IMG/VR virus record: IMGVR_UViG_3300045918_000152
Span: 1-52,252 of that record
Length of the DNA stretch: 52,252 nt
Origin: a virus
Taxonomy: Duplodnaviria > Caudoviricetes
Direction: 5' to 3' (one strand)
Each line of letters starts with the position of its first letter. Position 1 is the first letter of the stretch. A program made the position numbers and the translations under genes. Of this stretch, positions 44,370-52,252 are shown piece by piece. A model generated the notes under the pieces. It was not told the DNA's origin, did not search any database, and was given only the letters and a program-made list of their open reading frames with translations.

Positions 44370-44923
44370 CAGGTGCGCTCCTGGAACACAGGGAAGTGAA
44401 GCACAACAGGAATAGCCTCCGGGACTACACTTAGAATGATTTCGAGAATAGCACGTAGATCACCTCCTGCTAGCCCTGCACCAATCCTGGGAATGTGCAG
44501 AGTAGGAGTAAATCCTCGCTTCTGAGTGACCTCATAAATGAGTCGCACAACTTCCCTGAATGCAATCTCGATAGCATCATAGCTAACATACCGCTTGTTG
44601 TCCTTCCCGAAAGCGAATTGGGTAGTTGCATTCACAATCCACTTGTTGATGCTTACCTCGACGCTAGATATGCTACCCATAGGCAGAGTACCAGTGCGAG
44701 GCCTCCCAACAGCAGAATCAGTGCGTACAGGAGGAAGAGCAGGCATGTGTCTACGATATTCCTCATAGACCTCAGGATACTTCTCCCGTACTTGTGCTGC
44801 GAGACCACTCTTCATTACTCCCTGGGCGTTGCATCCATGAACAATAACACCGTACTCAACAGCAAGAATGTCACTCGCTACGATTGTTAGCCTTGGCAGT
44901 CGCGATAGCAACGGATGTGGCAT
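44369..44923 (-). CDS. Macrodomain (ADP-ribose binding/processing) protein
   Basis: IVHGCNAQGVMKSGLA, IVNATTQ and IPRIGAGLAGGD macrodomain motifs. Confidence 0.88.
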   Translation of the reverse strand: MPHPLLSRLPRLTIVASDILAVEYGVIVHGCNAQGVMKSGLAAQVREKYPEVYEEYRRHMPALPPVRTDSAVGRPRTGTLPMGSISSVEVSINKWIVNATTQFAFGKDNKRYVSYDAIEIAFREVVRLIYEVTQKRGFTPTLHIPRIGAGLAGGDLRAILEIILSVVPEAIPVVLHFPVFQERT

Positions 44924-45410
44924 AATTCTTTCTTACCTCAGGTCTGAGAAGGCCCTGCCACGGAAATTCATGGCTGCCTTCAGTAATCAATCGGATGGCC
45001 ACACATGCAACTTGAACGAGTTCCTTGTAGATGCTCTGACGAGTATCCTTGCGGAATGCATGGTCAATCATGGCCTGGGCTGACTCACCAACCTCTTCTG
45101 TGAGAGCGCCGACCATGAACTTATTCGCAGGAAATTTCTTACGAGCCGCCTCGATCTCTTCCTTGATGTCCTTGAAGACTTCATCAATAATCGAATTGGG
45201 ATTCAGTACAGTAAAGTACTTTTTCTTGACATCAAATCCCATAGGAGTACGGAAGTAACCCCGATGTCCAAGATCAACAAGTTCTACAATACGACCCATA
45301 TTCTTATTCAGGAATCGTGTTGCAGTAAATCCCTCAAGCCCATCATACTCGCCGATCTTTACTCGGCAGAGGATGTCCTTAGGCGCTTGCGATTTTGTTA
45401 TCTTCGGCAT
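44871..45410 (-). CDS. MazG-like nucleotide pyrophosphohydrolase domain protein
   Basis: C-terminal ALTEEVGESAQA...KELVQVACVA (EExxE...E); start MPKITK preferred (ORF track 45473). Confidence 0.7.
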   Translation of the reverse strand: MPKITKSQAPKDILCRVKIGEYDGLEGFTATRFLNKNMGRIVELVDLGHRGYFRTPMGFDVKKKYFTVLNPNSIIDEVFKDIKEEIEAARKKFPANKFMVGALTEEVGESAQAMIDHAFRKDTRQSIYKELVQVACVAIRLITEGSHEFPWQGLLRPEVRKNYATSVAIATAKANNRSE

Positions 45411-45696
45411 AGATCTTTTGTGCGAGTTGTTGAACACCACGACCGTCGCCTTTGTCAGCGAGCTCTCGCGCAAGCTTCAGCTCAGGACTCTGCATTTCCT
45501 TTCCTTCCATGAAGAAAGTAGGACGACGCTTCTTGATGAATTTCATAGGGGACAGAATGTAGATGCCCCGCTTGACAATGTTGTTCAGTTGGATGGATCG
45601 TGCATGAGCGCGTTCCTGCTCATCTCGCATGGCCTTGATTTGTGAAGGCGTCATGGGAGTATTGTCGTAATGCACTTCTTCAGCTTGATTCATCAT
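45379..45696 (-). CDS. Hypothetical protein
   Basis: 105 aa; ATGA-coupled. Confidence 0.55.
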   Translation of the reverse strand: MMNQAEEVHYDNTPMTPSQIKAMRDEQERAHARSIQLNNIVKRGIYILSPMKFIKKRRPTFFMEGKEMQSPELKLARELADKGDGRGVQQLAQKIYAEDNKIASA

Positions 45697-46091
45697 GTCG
45701 TTTCTTTTTCAGTTTCCTTGGTAACTTCAGGGAGGGGATCATCCTCAATAGGCTCAAGAATGTATTCAGAGAAATGGGCAACTTGAATTATAGATCCCCA
45801 ATAGAGCACAATACAGGGTGTACCTGCGTCACATTCCCACACATTGCCAAGGTTAGGGGACTCATCCTTAAACTTGACAATAGTAACTATACGACCCACA
45901 TTAGGGCCAACTCCAGGGACAGCACGATAGTTGTTCTCATCGATCTGTTCATGGCTTCCAATTATGCGGCATCGCACGCCAGGTTTAATCCCCTTGGCCA
46001 TCTCGAAATACCACTTGTGTGACGATATTAGGATTACCACATTGGTAAATGAAGGCGTAAATATCCGCAACGATCCTCCATCGATGCTCAA
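45693..46091 (-). CDS. Hypothetical protein (start possibly 46001)
   Basis: KPGVRCRII...NVGRIVTI...LEPI, an SH3-like phage protein pattern. Confidence 0.55.
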   Translation of the reverse strand: MSIDGGSLRIFTPSFTNVVILISSHKWYFEMAKGIKPGVRCRIIGSHEQIDENNYRAVPGVGPNVGRIVTIVKFKDESPNLGNVWECDAGTPCIVLYWGSIIQVAHFSEYILEPIEDDPLPEVTKETEKETT

Positions 46092-46126
46092 ACACAGTCA
46101 TCGGTTGTTGATACAGTGAGAATACC

Positions 46127-46582
46127 TTAACCCTGTACATATATCACCCTCGAGTAAAGATTGGTGTGCTTGATTGTTGCGAGTCCACAGAAAGCTGCCT
46201 GAGCCCACCCAAGTAGTGCCTCATCAAACTTCTTTTCTTGCTTATCCCGCTTCAGGTCGTCACTAAATACCATCGAGCCTGATCGAGTGTGACCCTTCTC
46301 ACCAAGAATCCAAAGGCGATCCGTCTGAATGTCCATCTGTGATTGACTAATGATCTCGACACCGTTATCATGGCGGTACACCATCCTTGTTTCTTCAGTG
46401 CCATCCCAGGAGTTGTCCTGGTAATGGATGTCAAACGTAAGCCTTCGACAAGTGGGTATAAGCTGATAAATCAGGATGATCTTAAGGCGAGCATCAAGAT
46501 CAGCTTGCGTCATGAAAACCTCGTCATTGGAGCATGTCCGATTCGTCTCGAATACCCTTAAAGATGGGGTGTCGAGGGGCAT
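46127..46582 (-). CDS. Hypothetical protein
   Basis: Start MPLDTPS preferred to reduce overlap with the ligase (ORF track 46681). Confidence 0.55.
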   Translation of the reverse strand: MPLDTPSLRVFETNRTCSNDEVFMTQADLDARLKIILIYQLIPTCRRLTFDIHYQDNSWDGTEETRMVYRHDNGVEIISQSQMDIQTDRLWILGEKGHTRSGSMVFSDDLKRDKQEKKFDEALLGWAQAAFCGLATIKHTNLYSRVIYVQG

Positions 46583-47462
46583 CTTTGGATCCTGGAGCAA
46601 AATACTTGTATGTAACAAGCTTCCCATAGTATTTCTCACGGTCATTCCAGTAGAGAATCCGGTCAGCAGCATCAAAGCCACTACCTATATTGAAAGTAAC
46701 ACCATAGAACTTATGACTGGCGTCGTTCTCCTGAACATCCTGCACAATGAATGATCCCAGGGTGCCCTTCGGAATCATGTTCTCCTGAAGGGTCTGACGC
46801 TTAGTCCTCCCGAGTTCATTCACAAGGGCTTCATTGGCATTGTGCAATTCCTCAACAAAGCCAATAATACGAGCCTCTGAATCAATAAACCGCTTTAGCT
46901 TAAAGGCATTCTGCTCTCGTTCAGTTGTCCTGTTGAACTTGTAAGGGCCATTGGGGCATCGAATGATTACCCCCTCGTAGCCAAGAAGGAGAATCCGCTC
47001 TTCTTCCTCAAGAAGCTCCTGCTCAGAATTCACCCAACTGTGCGCAAGGAGGTGTACTCTAACGCCTTCCAGGTTCTGGTCAAGGGATCGTATACGGTCA
47101 GAAAGCTTCCGATATCGATCGTAGTACTTCCAATCAGGGCGAGAGAAATCATCGAAAGCGTAGTAGTTGAAAGGCGTGACCATATCATGACGCTTCCAGA
47201 ACGTGTCTGTTCGATTGAATACGTCATGAGCGTTAGGCTCCCCCACAATGATTTCCCCGTCCATCCCACTCAACAATTCGTGAGTGAGGCTCTTCCGAAG
47301 AAACCGGTTTGGAGGCTCCTTAAGAGTGCGCGACACAGGACGACCACGATAAATAGGGCAGCGAATACCATCGAGCTTGGGGCTGATCAGCACCGGGTAC
47401 GGCAGCCTCGAGGTATCAGGATTGCTACGATACAACAACTGTGGTTTAAAACCTTCAGGCAT
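46524..47462 (-). CDS. lig: ATP-dependent DNA ligase
   Basis: Motif I KLDGIR, DGEI, AFD, EGVIIR, KLKRF; OB-domain IGSGF and PRHPIF. Confidence 0.93.
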   Translation of the reverse strand: MPEGFKPQLLYRSNPDTSRLPYPVLISPKLDGIRCPIYRGRPVSRTLKEPPNRFLRKSLTHELLSGMDGEIIVGEPNAHDVFNRTDTFWKRHDMVTPFNYYAFDDFSRPDWKYYDRYRKLSDRIRSLDQNLEGVRVHLLAHSWVNSEQELLEEEERILLLGYEGVIIRCPNGPYKFNRTTEREQNAFKLKRFIDSEARIIGFVEELHNANEALVNELGRTKRQTLQENMIPKGTLGSFIVQDVQENDASHKFYGVTFNIGSGFDAADRILYWNDREKYYGKLVTYKYFAPGSKDAPRHPIFKGIRDESDMLQ

Positions 47463-47691
47463 TGCGAAGAATCTCCATTATTTCATGCTCAATCTCTCGA
47501 TACTTCACAATCAGCTCAAGAAGTGTCGAATCGCCCTCCCGGAGCATCTTCTCGGAGTCCAGCTCGGCATCGCCAAGAGCCTCGTCAAGAGGAATATTGT
47601 AATCAACGGCACACTCTTTGAGTTTAGCCTTCTCGGAAGGCCCATCAGGAATAGTATTAGCCTCACGGATAGCCGACACTTCAGGGTGCAT
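47455..47691 (-). CDS. Hypothetical protein
   Basis: Acidic helical ORF; start MHPEV lies 1 nt after the upstream stop (ORF track 47724). Confidence 0.55.
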   Translation of the reverse strand: MHPEVSAIREANTIPDGPSEKAKLKECAVDYNIPLDEALGDAELDSEKMLREGDSTLLELIVKYREIEHEIMEILRNA

Positions 47692-47692
47692 A

Positions 47693-48094
47693 TCAGCCCT
47701 TCTTGGTTGGCGCCGTAATCGCACGACGAATCGTGGTACCCTTCTTGATGGGCTTCATGGCAAACTCGGCAGCAGCCTGGAGAGCTTGCGCACGAGCGTG
47801 AGCATTCTTGATCACATTGCCGATGGCATACTTGTTGCGCGTCTCGCTGTAACGCTTACCGAACTCAACACGACGCTTCGTCTTGGGATCGGTGTGCAGC
47901 ATGTCGAAGATGGTATTCGCACGCCGCAAGGCGCTAAGCGGAAACTTGCAGCCGTAGGGGCCATGCGCGCGGGCTTCAAGAATGGCGTCTTCAATCGAGG
48001 GATGCTGGCCATCCGGCTTGGTATTCTCGAGGATGTATTGAGCGGCCAGCTGAAGAAGACGGGTGGTGGTGTAGAGAGGAGCAGACTTAGTCAT
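47693..48094 (-). CDS. Hypothetical basic protein
   Basis: 133 aa with biased, GC3-rich codon usage. Confidence 0.6.
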   Translation of the reverse strand: MTKSAPLYTTTRLLQLAAQYILENTKPDGQHPSIEDAILEARAHGPYGCKFPLSALRRANTIFDMLHTDPKTKRRVEFGKRYSETRNKYAIGNVIKNAHARAQALQAAAEFAMKPIKKGTTIRRAITAPTKKG

Positions 48095-48096
48095 GA

Positions 48097-48522
48097 TTAA
48101 ACTTTGTAGAATTTATGGCGGCCAATAGTAATGATGTGCCGTCGTGACCATCGCGGTGATACGCTGGTCGAGTGAAAGAATAAAGCGCCCTGGGTGGGAT
48201 CCTCATGGAATCCTCCGATGTAGGTCGCTGCAAGAGAATACGCAATGGCCATCGCCAAAAGATCCTTAGGGGGACCTACATTTTGGCATGTCCAGGAAAA
48301 TTGGCAAGTTTTGTGGTTCTTCTGGTAGACTACCTCACAAATTGTCTTTGGAAACCTTGGATCCCTTACCCTGTTTAGTGTAACAGCCGCAACAGCGATT
48401 TGTCCTGTACGAGACTCCACACGGGCCTCATAGTATATATTCAGAGCAAGGCATTGTATATCACCCATCACATAGTAAGGCTTTCTTTGCCAACGATCCA
48501 CGAGTATCGTAATCGTAGTCAT
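48097..48522 (-). CDS. SleB-like cell wall hydrolase (Hydrolase_2)
   Basis: CLALNIYYEAR, VTLNRV, PKTICEVVYQ, CQFSW and IGRHKFY. Confidence 0.9.
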   Translation of the reverse strand: MTTITILVDRWQRKPYYVMGDIQCLALNIYYEARVESRTGQIAVAAVTLNRVRDPRFPKTICEVVYQKNHKTCQFSWTCQNVGPPKDLLAMAIAYSLAATYIGGFHEDPTQGALFFHSTSVSPRWSRRHIITIGRHKFYKV

Positions 48523-48664
48523 ACTTAGGCTTTAGCAGCGCGGCCATCTGAGGCGGCTTGCCAAATAGCGAAACAACAAGACCTTGCAATTCCTTTACCT
48601 CATCATAGCTAAGAAAGTTTAACACAGACAGCTCTTGAAGTCGCAATTGCTCGGAGTGTGTCAT
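48461..48664 (-). CDS. Hypothetical protein
   Basis: 67 aa; TGATG-coupled. Confidence 0.45.
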   Translation of the reverse strand: MTHSEQLRLQELSVLNFLSYDEVKELQGLVVSLFGKPPQMAALLKPKYDYDYDTRGSLAKKALLCDG

Positions 48665-49104
48665 CAGATCTTATTCCAATAGTCTGACGTTGCCTGAATA
48701 GGAGTGGGATACGCCTCAACAGTATTGTTCTTTTCTTCGAGGGGCTTGTACTTGTAATCGAAATAAACCTTTGAATACACGATAGGCTCTACAGGCCCCT
48801 TGTGTACAATAAAGTCACCGCTCTTCACAATACGCACACCCTTCTTGGTGGCAAAGTATCCCATAGGGGCTACATCACTGGGAACACCCTCAAACTCGCG
48901 AACCAGGGGATGGTCCCCATGATTGAACCACTGCACGGCTTCAATAGAGCGCGGCTTCTTTTCTACGTATGTTTGCATTTTCTTGAAATACTTTAGTGTT
49001 TGTTCAGCAGCCATATTCTCGGATTCAAACCGATTAAATTGGCCGTCATACTCAATTATACCTGCGCGTTCTTCAAAGAATTCGCGCTCATTTTCTGTAA
49101 TCAT
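48664..49104 (-). CDS. Hypothetical phage protein
   Basis: EREFFEERAGIIEYDG N-terminal helix and KKPRSIEAVQW...GDFIV C-terminal part. Confidence 0.65.
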   Translation of the reverse strand: MITENEREFFEERAGIIEYDGQFNRFESENMAAEQTLKYFKKMQTYVEKKPRSIEAVQWFNHGDHPLVREFEGVPSDVAPMGYFATKKGVRIVKSGDFIVHKGPVEPIVYSKVYFDYKYKPLEEKNNTVEAYPTPIQATSDYWNKI

Positions 49105-49122
49105 CCTAGCCAGTAAATCAGA

Positions 49123-49341
49123 CTACCAAGCGGAGGAAAGAACACGCCAATAATCATGAGTAGCGTCTTGACGCCGAACACAAGAGTATCCGCGTTCTGC
49201 ACAAGGGCTACAATATTCATCAGCCATCCAAATAGGATTGCGAGAAATAGTGAGAAGAATCCCACGAAGGTAGTAACTGCGAGCAGACCTTGAATTATAA
49301 AAATACTCCTCGTTCCATATCACGCTGATAATGCGTTGCAA
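49123..49341 (-). CDS. Hypothetical protein
   Basis: Fills a gap on the minus strand; start uncertain. Confidence 0.4.
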   Translation of the reverse strand: MQRIISVIWNEEYFYNSRSARSYYLRGILLTISRNPIWMADEYCSPCAERGYSCVRRQDATHDYWRVLSSAW

Positions 49342-49513
49342 GCTGCTCCATTGAGGGCTTCTTCAGCATTTTCAGATAGTACACACTGCCAATCTCCATG
49401 AGACCAGCGCTGAGAGTCCTAAATCCAGACATTGCAAAAGAAGCTAGGTCATCAGGATACTCCTCATTTATTCGACGGATAAACTCGGATCTAGAAAGGG
49501 ATGTCGTCTTCAT
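49295..49513 (-). CDS. Hypothetical protein
   Basis: Start MKTTSLS preferred (ORF track 49588). Confidence 0.45.
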   Translation of the reverse strand: MKTTSLSRSEFIRRINEEYPDDLASFAMSGFRTLSAGLMEIGSVYYLKMLKKPSMEQLATHYQRDMERGVFL

Positions 49514-49784
49514 CACCCTCCCACTCGCTATCAAACTCATCACTATCGGTACCCTCACAGAGTGTACACAGCTCATAGAAAGGAACACGGTGAATTGAGG
49601 GACTATCAGGAAGTGCTGCCCAGAAGTCGTTCAAGAATCCACAGATTACCGAGTCCTCAAGCTTCAAGAGCTCATCAACTACGTAATTCTTGCTGCTTAG
49701 CAGGGCATCAAATCGACCGACATAGTAATCCTCGCTGCGAATGCGATTGAAGAGTACTTGGGCTTGTTCAGCGTATGGTGTCAT
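49491..49784 (-). CDS. Hypothetical protein with acidic C-terminus (…DEDDIPF)
   Basis: 97 aa; the tail resembles the SSB C-terminal DDDIPF peptide. Confidence 0.6.
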   Translation of the reverse strand: MTPYAEQAQVLFNRIRSEDYYVGRFDALLSSKNYVVDELLKLEDSVICGFLNDFWAALPDSPSIHRVPFYELCTLCEGTDSDEFDSEWEGDEDDIPF

Positions 49785-49796
49785 TTTTAATAAGGT

Positions 49797-49816
49797 GGCC
49801 CTCCCGAAGGAAGGCC
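49797..49816 (-). terminator. UUCG hairpin, terminator-like, after clpP
   Basis: GGCCTTCC-TTCG-GGAGGGCC followed by ACCTTATT (weak U tract). Confidence 0.55.
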
Positions 49817-49822
49817 GTTTAA

Positions 49823-50458
49823 TTAGTTTGTTTTGATGACCTGATCAATAAGGCCATGCTCAAGAGCTTGCTCTGCAGTAAGGTACACATCATTTGCAGG
49901 TAGGAGATTCTTCCTGATATAGGACTCCGATTTCCCTGTGAACTTCTTGTATCGCTTCATGATAATCGCATCGATCATCTTATGCTCAATATTTGCAGCA
50001 ATCAATTCATGATGCTTTCCATCAGAACCCGAACTGTATTGGTGTGACATCAGGATTGTCCCATCAGTAGCACACCTAGTACCCTTATTACCCGCCATGA
50101 GAATCATCAACCCTGCGCTAGCAACCATACCGGTGCCGTATGTAATTACAGGAATTGGAATTTCTCGAATCAAATCAATTAACTGACAGGCGGCATCCAT
50201 ACGACCACCAACACTATTGATAAACAGAATCGTATTTTCAGGCTGAGCATGCGGAGGCATCATGGCAATCTCCGTAAGCTGCTCAATAACAGGGCCTACG
50301 CTATTATGGTCAATCACTCCAGTAAGATATAAGAATCCCTCCTCAGAGATATCAATACGTGAATAGTCACCCCTACCAGATCTAACCCTAGCCAATCGAC
50401 TCTGGCTTGCAATAAACTTATTGCGAAGGCTTACGGGGACTGATTGTGTGTTTAGCAT
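49823..50458 (-). CDS. clpP: ClpP-like serine protease
   Basis: FINSVGG, GMVASAG (Ser), LMSHQ (His) and NDVYLTAEQALEHGLIDQV (Asp); start MLNTQ preferred (ORF track 50479). Confidence 0.88.
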   Translation of the reverse strand: MLNTQSVPVSLRNKFIASQSRLARVRSGRGDYSRIDISEEGFLYLTGVIDHNSVGPVIEQLTEIAMMPPHAQPENTILFINSVGGRMDAACQLIDLIREIPIPVITYGTGMVASAGLMILMAGNKGTRCATDGTILMSHQYSSGSDGKHHELIAANIEHKMIDAIIMKRYKKFTGKSESYIRKNLLPANDVYLTAEQALEHGLIDQVIKTN

Positions 50459-50750
50459 TGATGATCCCTGTAGGTTCATTGAGTTTCACAAATACCTCCG
50501 CTTGTTCCAAATGAATGGCGCCAAAGGATACATGCTTGTATCGGTGCATACTACCCGCAAGTTCATGAATGACTTTATTTAAAATCGAAATATTTTCAAG
50601 AACAGGATCGGATGCGTAAACTGTAGCCCCTAGATGGAATAGGTTGGTGACTAGTGTCCTGGCGGGTGCAGTACACCCATTGACACAAATCCTAACACCC
50701 TTAAATCCATCAGGATACAGCTTCTTTATTTCTTCAATTATGTAGCTCAT
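50418..50750 (-). CDS. Hypothetical protein
   Basis: 110 aa; ATGA-coupled. Confidence 0.5.
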   Translation of the reverse strand: MSYIIEEIKKLYPDGFKGVRICVNGCTAPARTLVTNLFHLGATVYASDPVLENISILNKVIHELAGSMHRYKHVSFGAIHLEQAEVFVKLNEPTGIINAKHTISPRKPSQ

Positions 50751-50926
50751 TCTCGTTTGTGAATTGAAGTTTCAAGCTTCTTCAGATCTGCCCGAATACC
50801 TTCAATACGCTTCTCGTAAGAATTGCACTGAGCTTCGAGTGGACCGGTACCTGAAGAAAGTTCCCTGATACGACTGTCAATCTTCTGAAATGTCGCTAAA
50901 ATCATCGACTTCTGTAAACTCATCAT
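50747..50926 (-). CDS. Small coiled-coil protein (59 aa), below the ORF-track cutoff
   Basis: MMSLQKSMILATFQKIDSRIRELSS...LKKLETSIHKRE*; fills the gap, and its TGA overlaps the next ATG. Confidence 0.5.
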   Translation of the reverse strand: MMSLQKSMILATFQKIDSRIRELSSGTGPLEAQCNSYEKRIEGIRADLKKLETSIHKRE

Positions 50927-51059
50927 ACGCTACCTTCTTTCGATCTCTTTTGTAGGGTGTCGCCCTGGTATGCTTATCGCGACCAGGAACATCCTTGTAT
51001 TTGCGATCATCGTCAAGAAGATTATTCATTTCTTCTTTCTGACGATTAATCTTGATCAT
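50877..51059 (-). CDS. Small hypothetical protein
   Basis: Charged ORF after nrdB; start uncertain (ORF track 51083). Confidence 0.45.
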   Translation of the reverse strand: MIKINRQKEEMNNLLDDDRKYKDVPGRDKHTRATPYKRDRKKVAYDEFTEVDDFSDISED

Positions 51060-51999
51060 AGCCCCACTCCCCGACCATACCATTCACGGAGTATTCACTA
51101 ACACGCTTCTCAAAGAAATTGTCATGGCTTACACCATTAATAATCCAATCGAGCCAATCGAACGGACTCTTGGTATGGTACTTCTCTTTAAGGCCAAGCT
51201 GAATTAGCCTGCGATCTGCAATACAGCGGATATACTGCTTTGTTTCCTCAGCGGTGATCCCTGCAATAGGAAATCCTGCGAAAGCAAGATCGATGAATTT
51301 ATCTTCAAGAGAGACAATCGTGTCGATCATCTTGTACAGCTTACTCTTGAATTCATCATTAACAATCTGCGGATGTTCGGCACAGAACTGCCGGAATACC
51401 ATCGCGTTACCCTGTACGTGAAGTGTCTCATCCCGAATAGACCACTCCACAATGGTATTCATTCCCTTCATCTTCCCTGATCGTTGGAAATTGAGTAGCA
51501 TTGCAAAAGAAGCAAAGAGAGAAATACCCTCAAGGCCCACAGTCTTCGCAAATGCAAACGCTTTTCCGGTAGTCGTCTCGATTGAGTTTTCTTGCATGAA
51601 CCCAATTTTATCCGACATTTCTTTATATTCAAGGAAGGCATGGTATTCCTCATCAGGCAGTCCAAGGGTATCATTCAGCAGTGCATAGGCGCGTTGGTGT
51701 GTACCTTCACGACCTGCAAAGCTAGAGAGCATCACACGAACTTCGTTATTCCGAACAATTGGAATTAGGAAGTCATGATAGTTCTGCCCCACCTGAGCAT
51801 CTGATTGAGTAAACAATCGAAGAATATTCGTAACGAAGGCTTTTTCTTGAAGACTAAGCTTAATAGCCCAATCAGTAACATCTTCAGAAAGCTCCGCTTC
51901 GTCTTCAGTCCAATGAACCTCTTCGTGGGTTCTCGTAAGCTCAACAGCCCAAGGGTAGTAGAAGGGCTTGTATGTCTTACTTTCTTGTTGTAGTCCCAT
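51046..51999 (-). CDS. nrdB: Ribonucleotide reductase class Ia beta subunit
   Basis: FTQSD, REGTHQRAY (radical Tyr), EGISLFASF, IRDETLH and NFFE. Confidence 0.95.
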   Translation of the reverse strand: MGLQQESKTYKPFYYPWAVELTRTHEEVHWTEDEAELSEDVTDWAIKLSLQEKAFVTNILRLFTQSDAQVGQNYHDFLIPIVRNNEVRVMLSSFAGREGTHQRAYALLNDTLGLPDEEYHAFLEYKEMSDKIGFMQENSIETTTGKAFAFAKTVGLEGISLFASFAMLLNFQRSGKMKGMNTIVEWSIRDETLHVQGNAMVFRQFCAEHPQIVNDEFKSKLYKMIDTIVSLEDKFIDLAFAGFPIAGITAEETKQYIRCIADRRLIQLGLKEKYHTKSPFDWLDWIINGVSHDNFFEKRVSEYSVNGMVGEWGYDQD

Positions 52000-52034
52000 T
52001 ATCTTCTTATTTTAGTTATTCAAAAGTTAATTTA

Positions 52035-52220
52035 TCACTGAGATTCGTTCTTAAGCCAGTTTTCAAGATCTTCAAGGAGCCACTTAAATCTATTAGGGAT
52101 ATCAAACGGGAGTTCCCTTTTGAATTTATTAAGGGAGATTACTGCTTTTTTGGCATTTTTCTTGCGATGCGCCCTGGCCTCATCTGCCTGATGCTCATAG
52201 TCGTCGTCGTAGTGACCCAT
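52035..52220 (-). CDS. Hypothetical protein
   Basis: 61 aa with an AGGA RBS. Confidence 0.55.
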   Translation of the reverse strand: MGHYDDDYEHQADEARAHRKKNAKKAVISLNKFKRELPFDIPNRFKWLLEDLENWLKNESQ

Positions 52221-52252
52221 TTTCTTCCTATTTATTCAATCGTCAATTACCC

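Noticed and set aside
1448-51993. The many 60-230 aa plus-strand ORFs and nested alternative-frame minus-strand ORFs in the ORF track
   Set aside because: They overlap well-supported, translationally coupled minus-strand genes and show no protein motifs; treated as shadow ORFs.

Overview
About 52 kb of a tailed dsDNA phage (siphovirus-like) genome. Essentially every credible gene is on the minus strand, with frequent ATGA/TAATG stop-start overlaps, and the standard genetic code fits. In transcription order (right to left): (1) a nucleotide-metabolism/accessory block (nrdB, ClpP-like protease, SleB-like cell wall hydrolase, ATP-dependent DNA ligase, MazG-like, macrodomain, nucleotidyltransferase-like protein, many small ORFs); (2) a repeat-rich switch region at about 39.2-41.1 kb; (3) putative terS, small ORFs, two tRNAs and a SET-domain gene coupled to terL; (4) an SGNH hydrolase, PhoH, a metallophosphoesterase, an M15 endolysin, fibre-like proteins, a holin, the portal and more fibre-like genes; (5) a 1473-aa protein fusing a MuF head-morphogenesis domain to a T7-type single-subunit RNA polymerase; (6) scaffold, capsid, neck, major tail, gpG/gpGT chaperones with a -1 frameshift, a 2939-aa tape measure and tail-tip genes. 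The best candidate for an undescribed system is the MuF-RNAP fusion together with an exact 16-bp motif (CCAGGGGACGCTAAAG on the minus strand, 3 intergenic copies) that resembles a T3/T7-type promoter. Also notable are a duplicated, apparently covarying structured RNA flanking the tRNAs, a tRNA-Glu lacking U33, a short motif recurring just after stop codons, and a nucleotidyltransferase beside paralogs ending in GW-x-x-S-x-x-x-C. All calls come from motif recognition by eye; no database search was run, so novelty is unverified.
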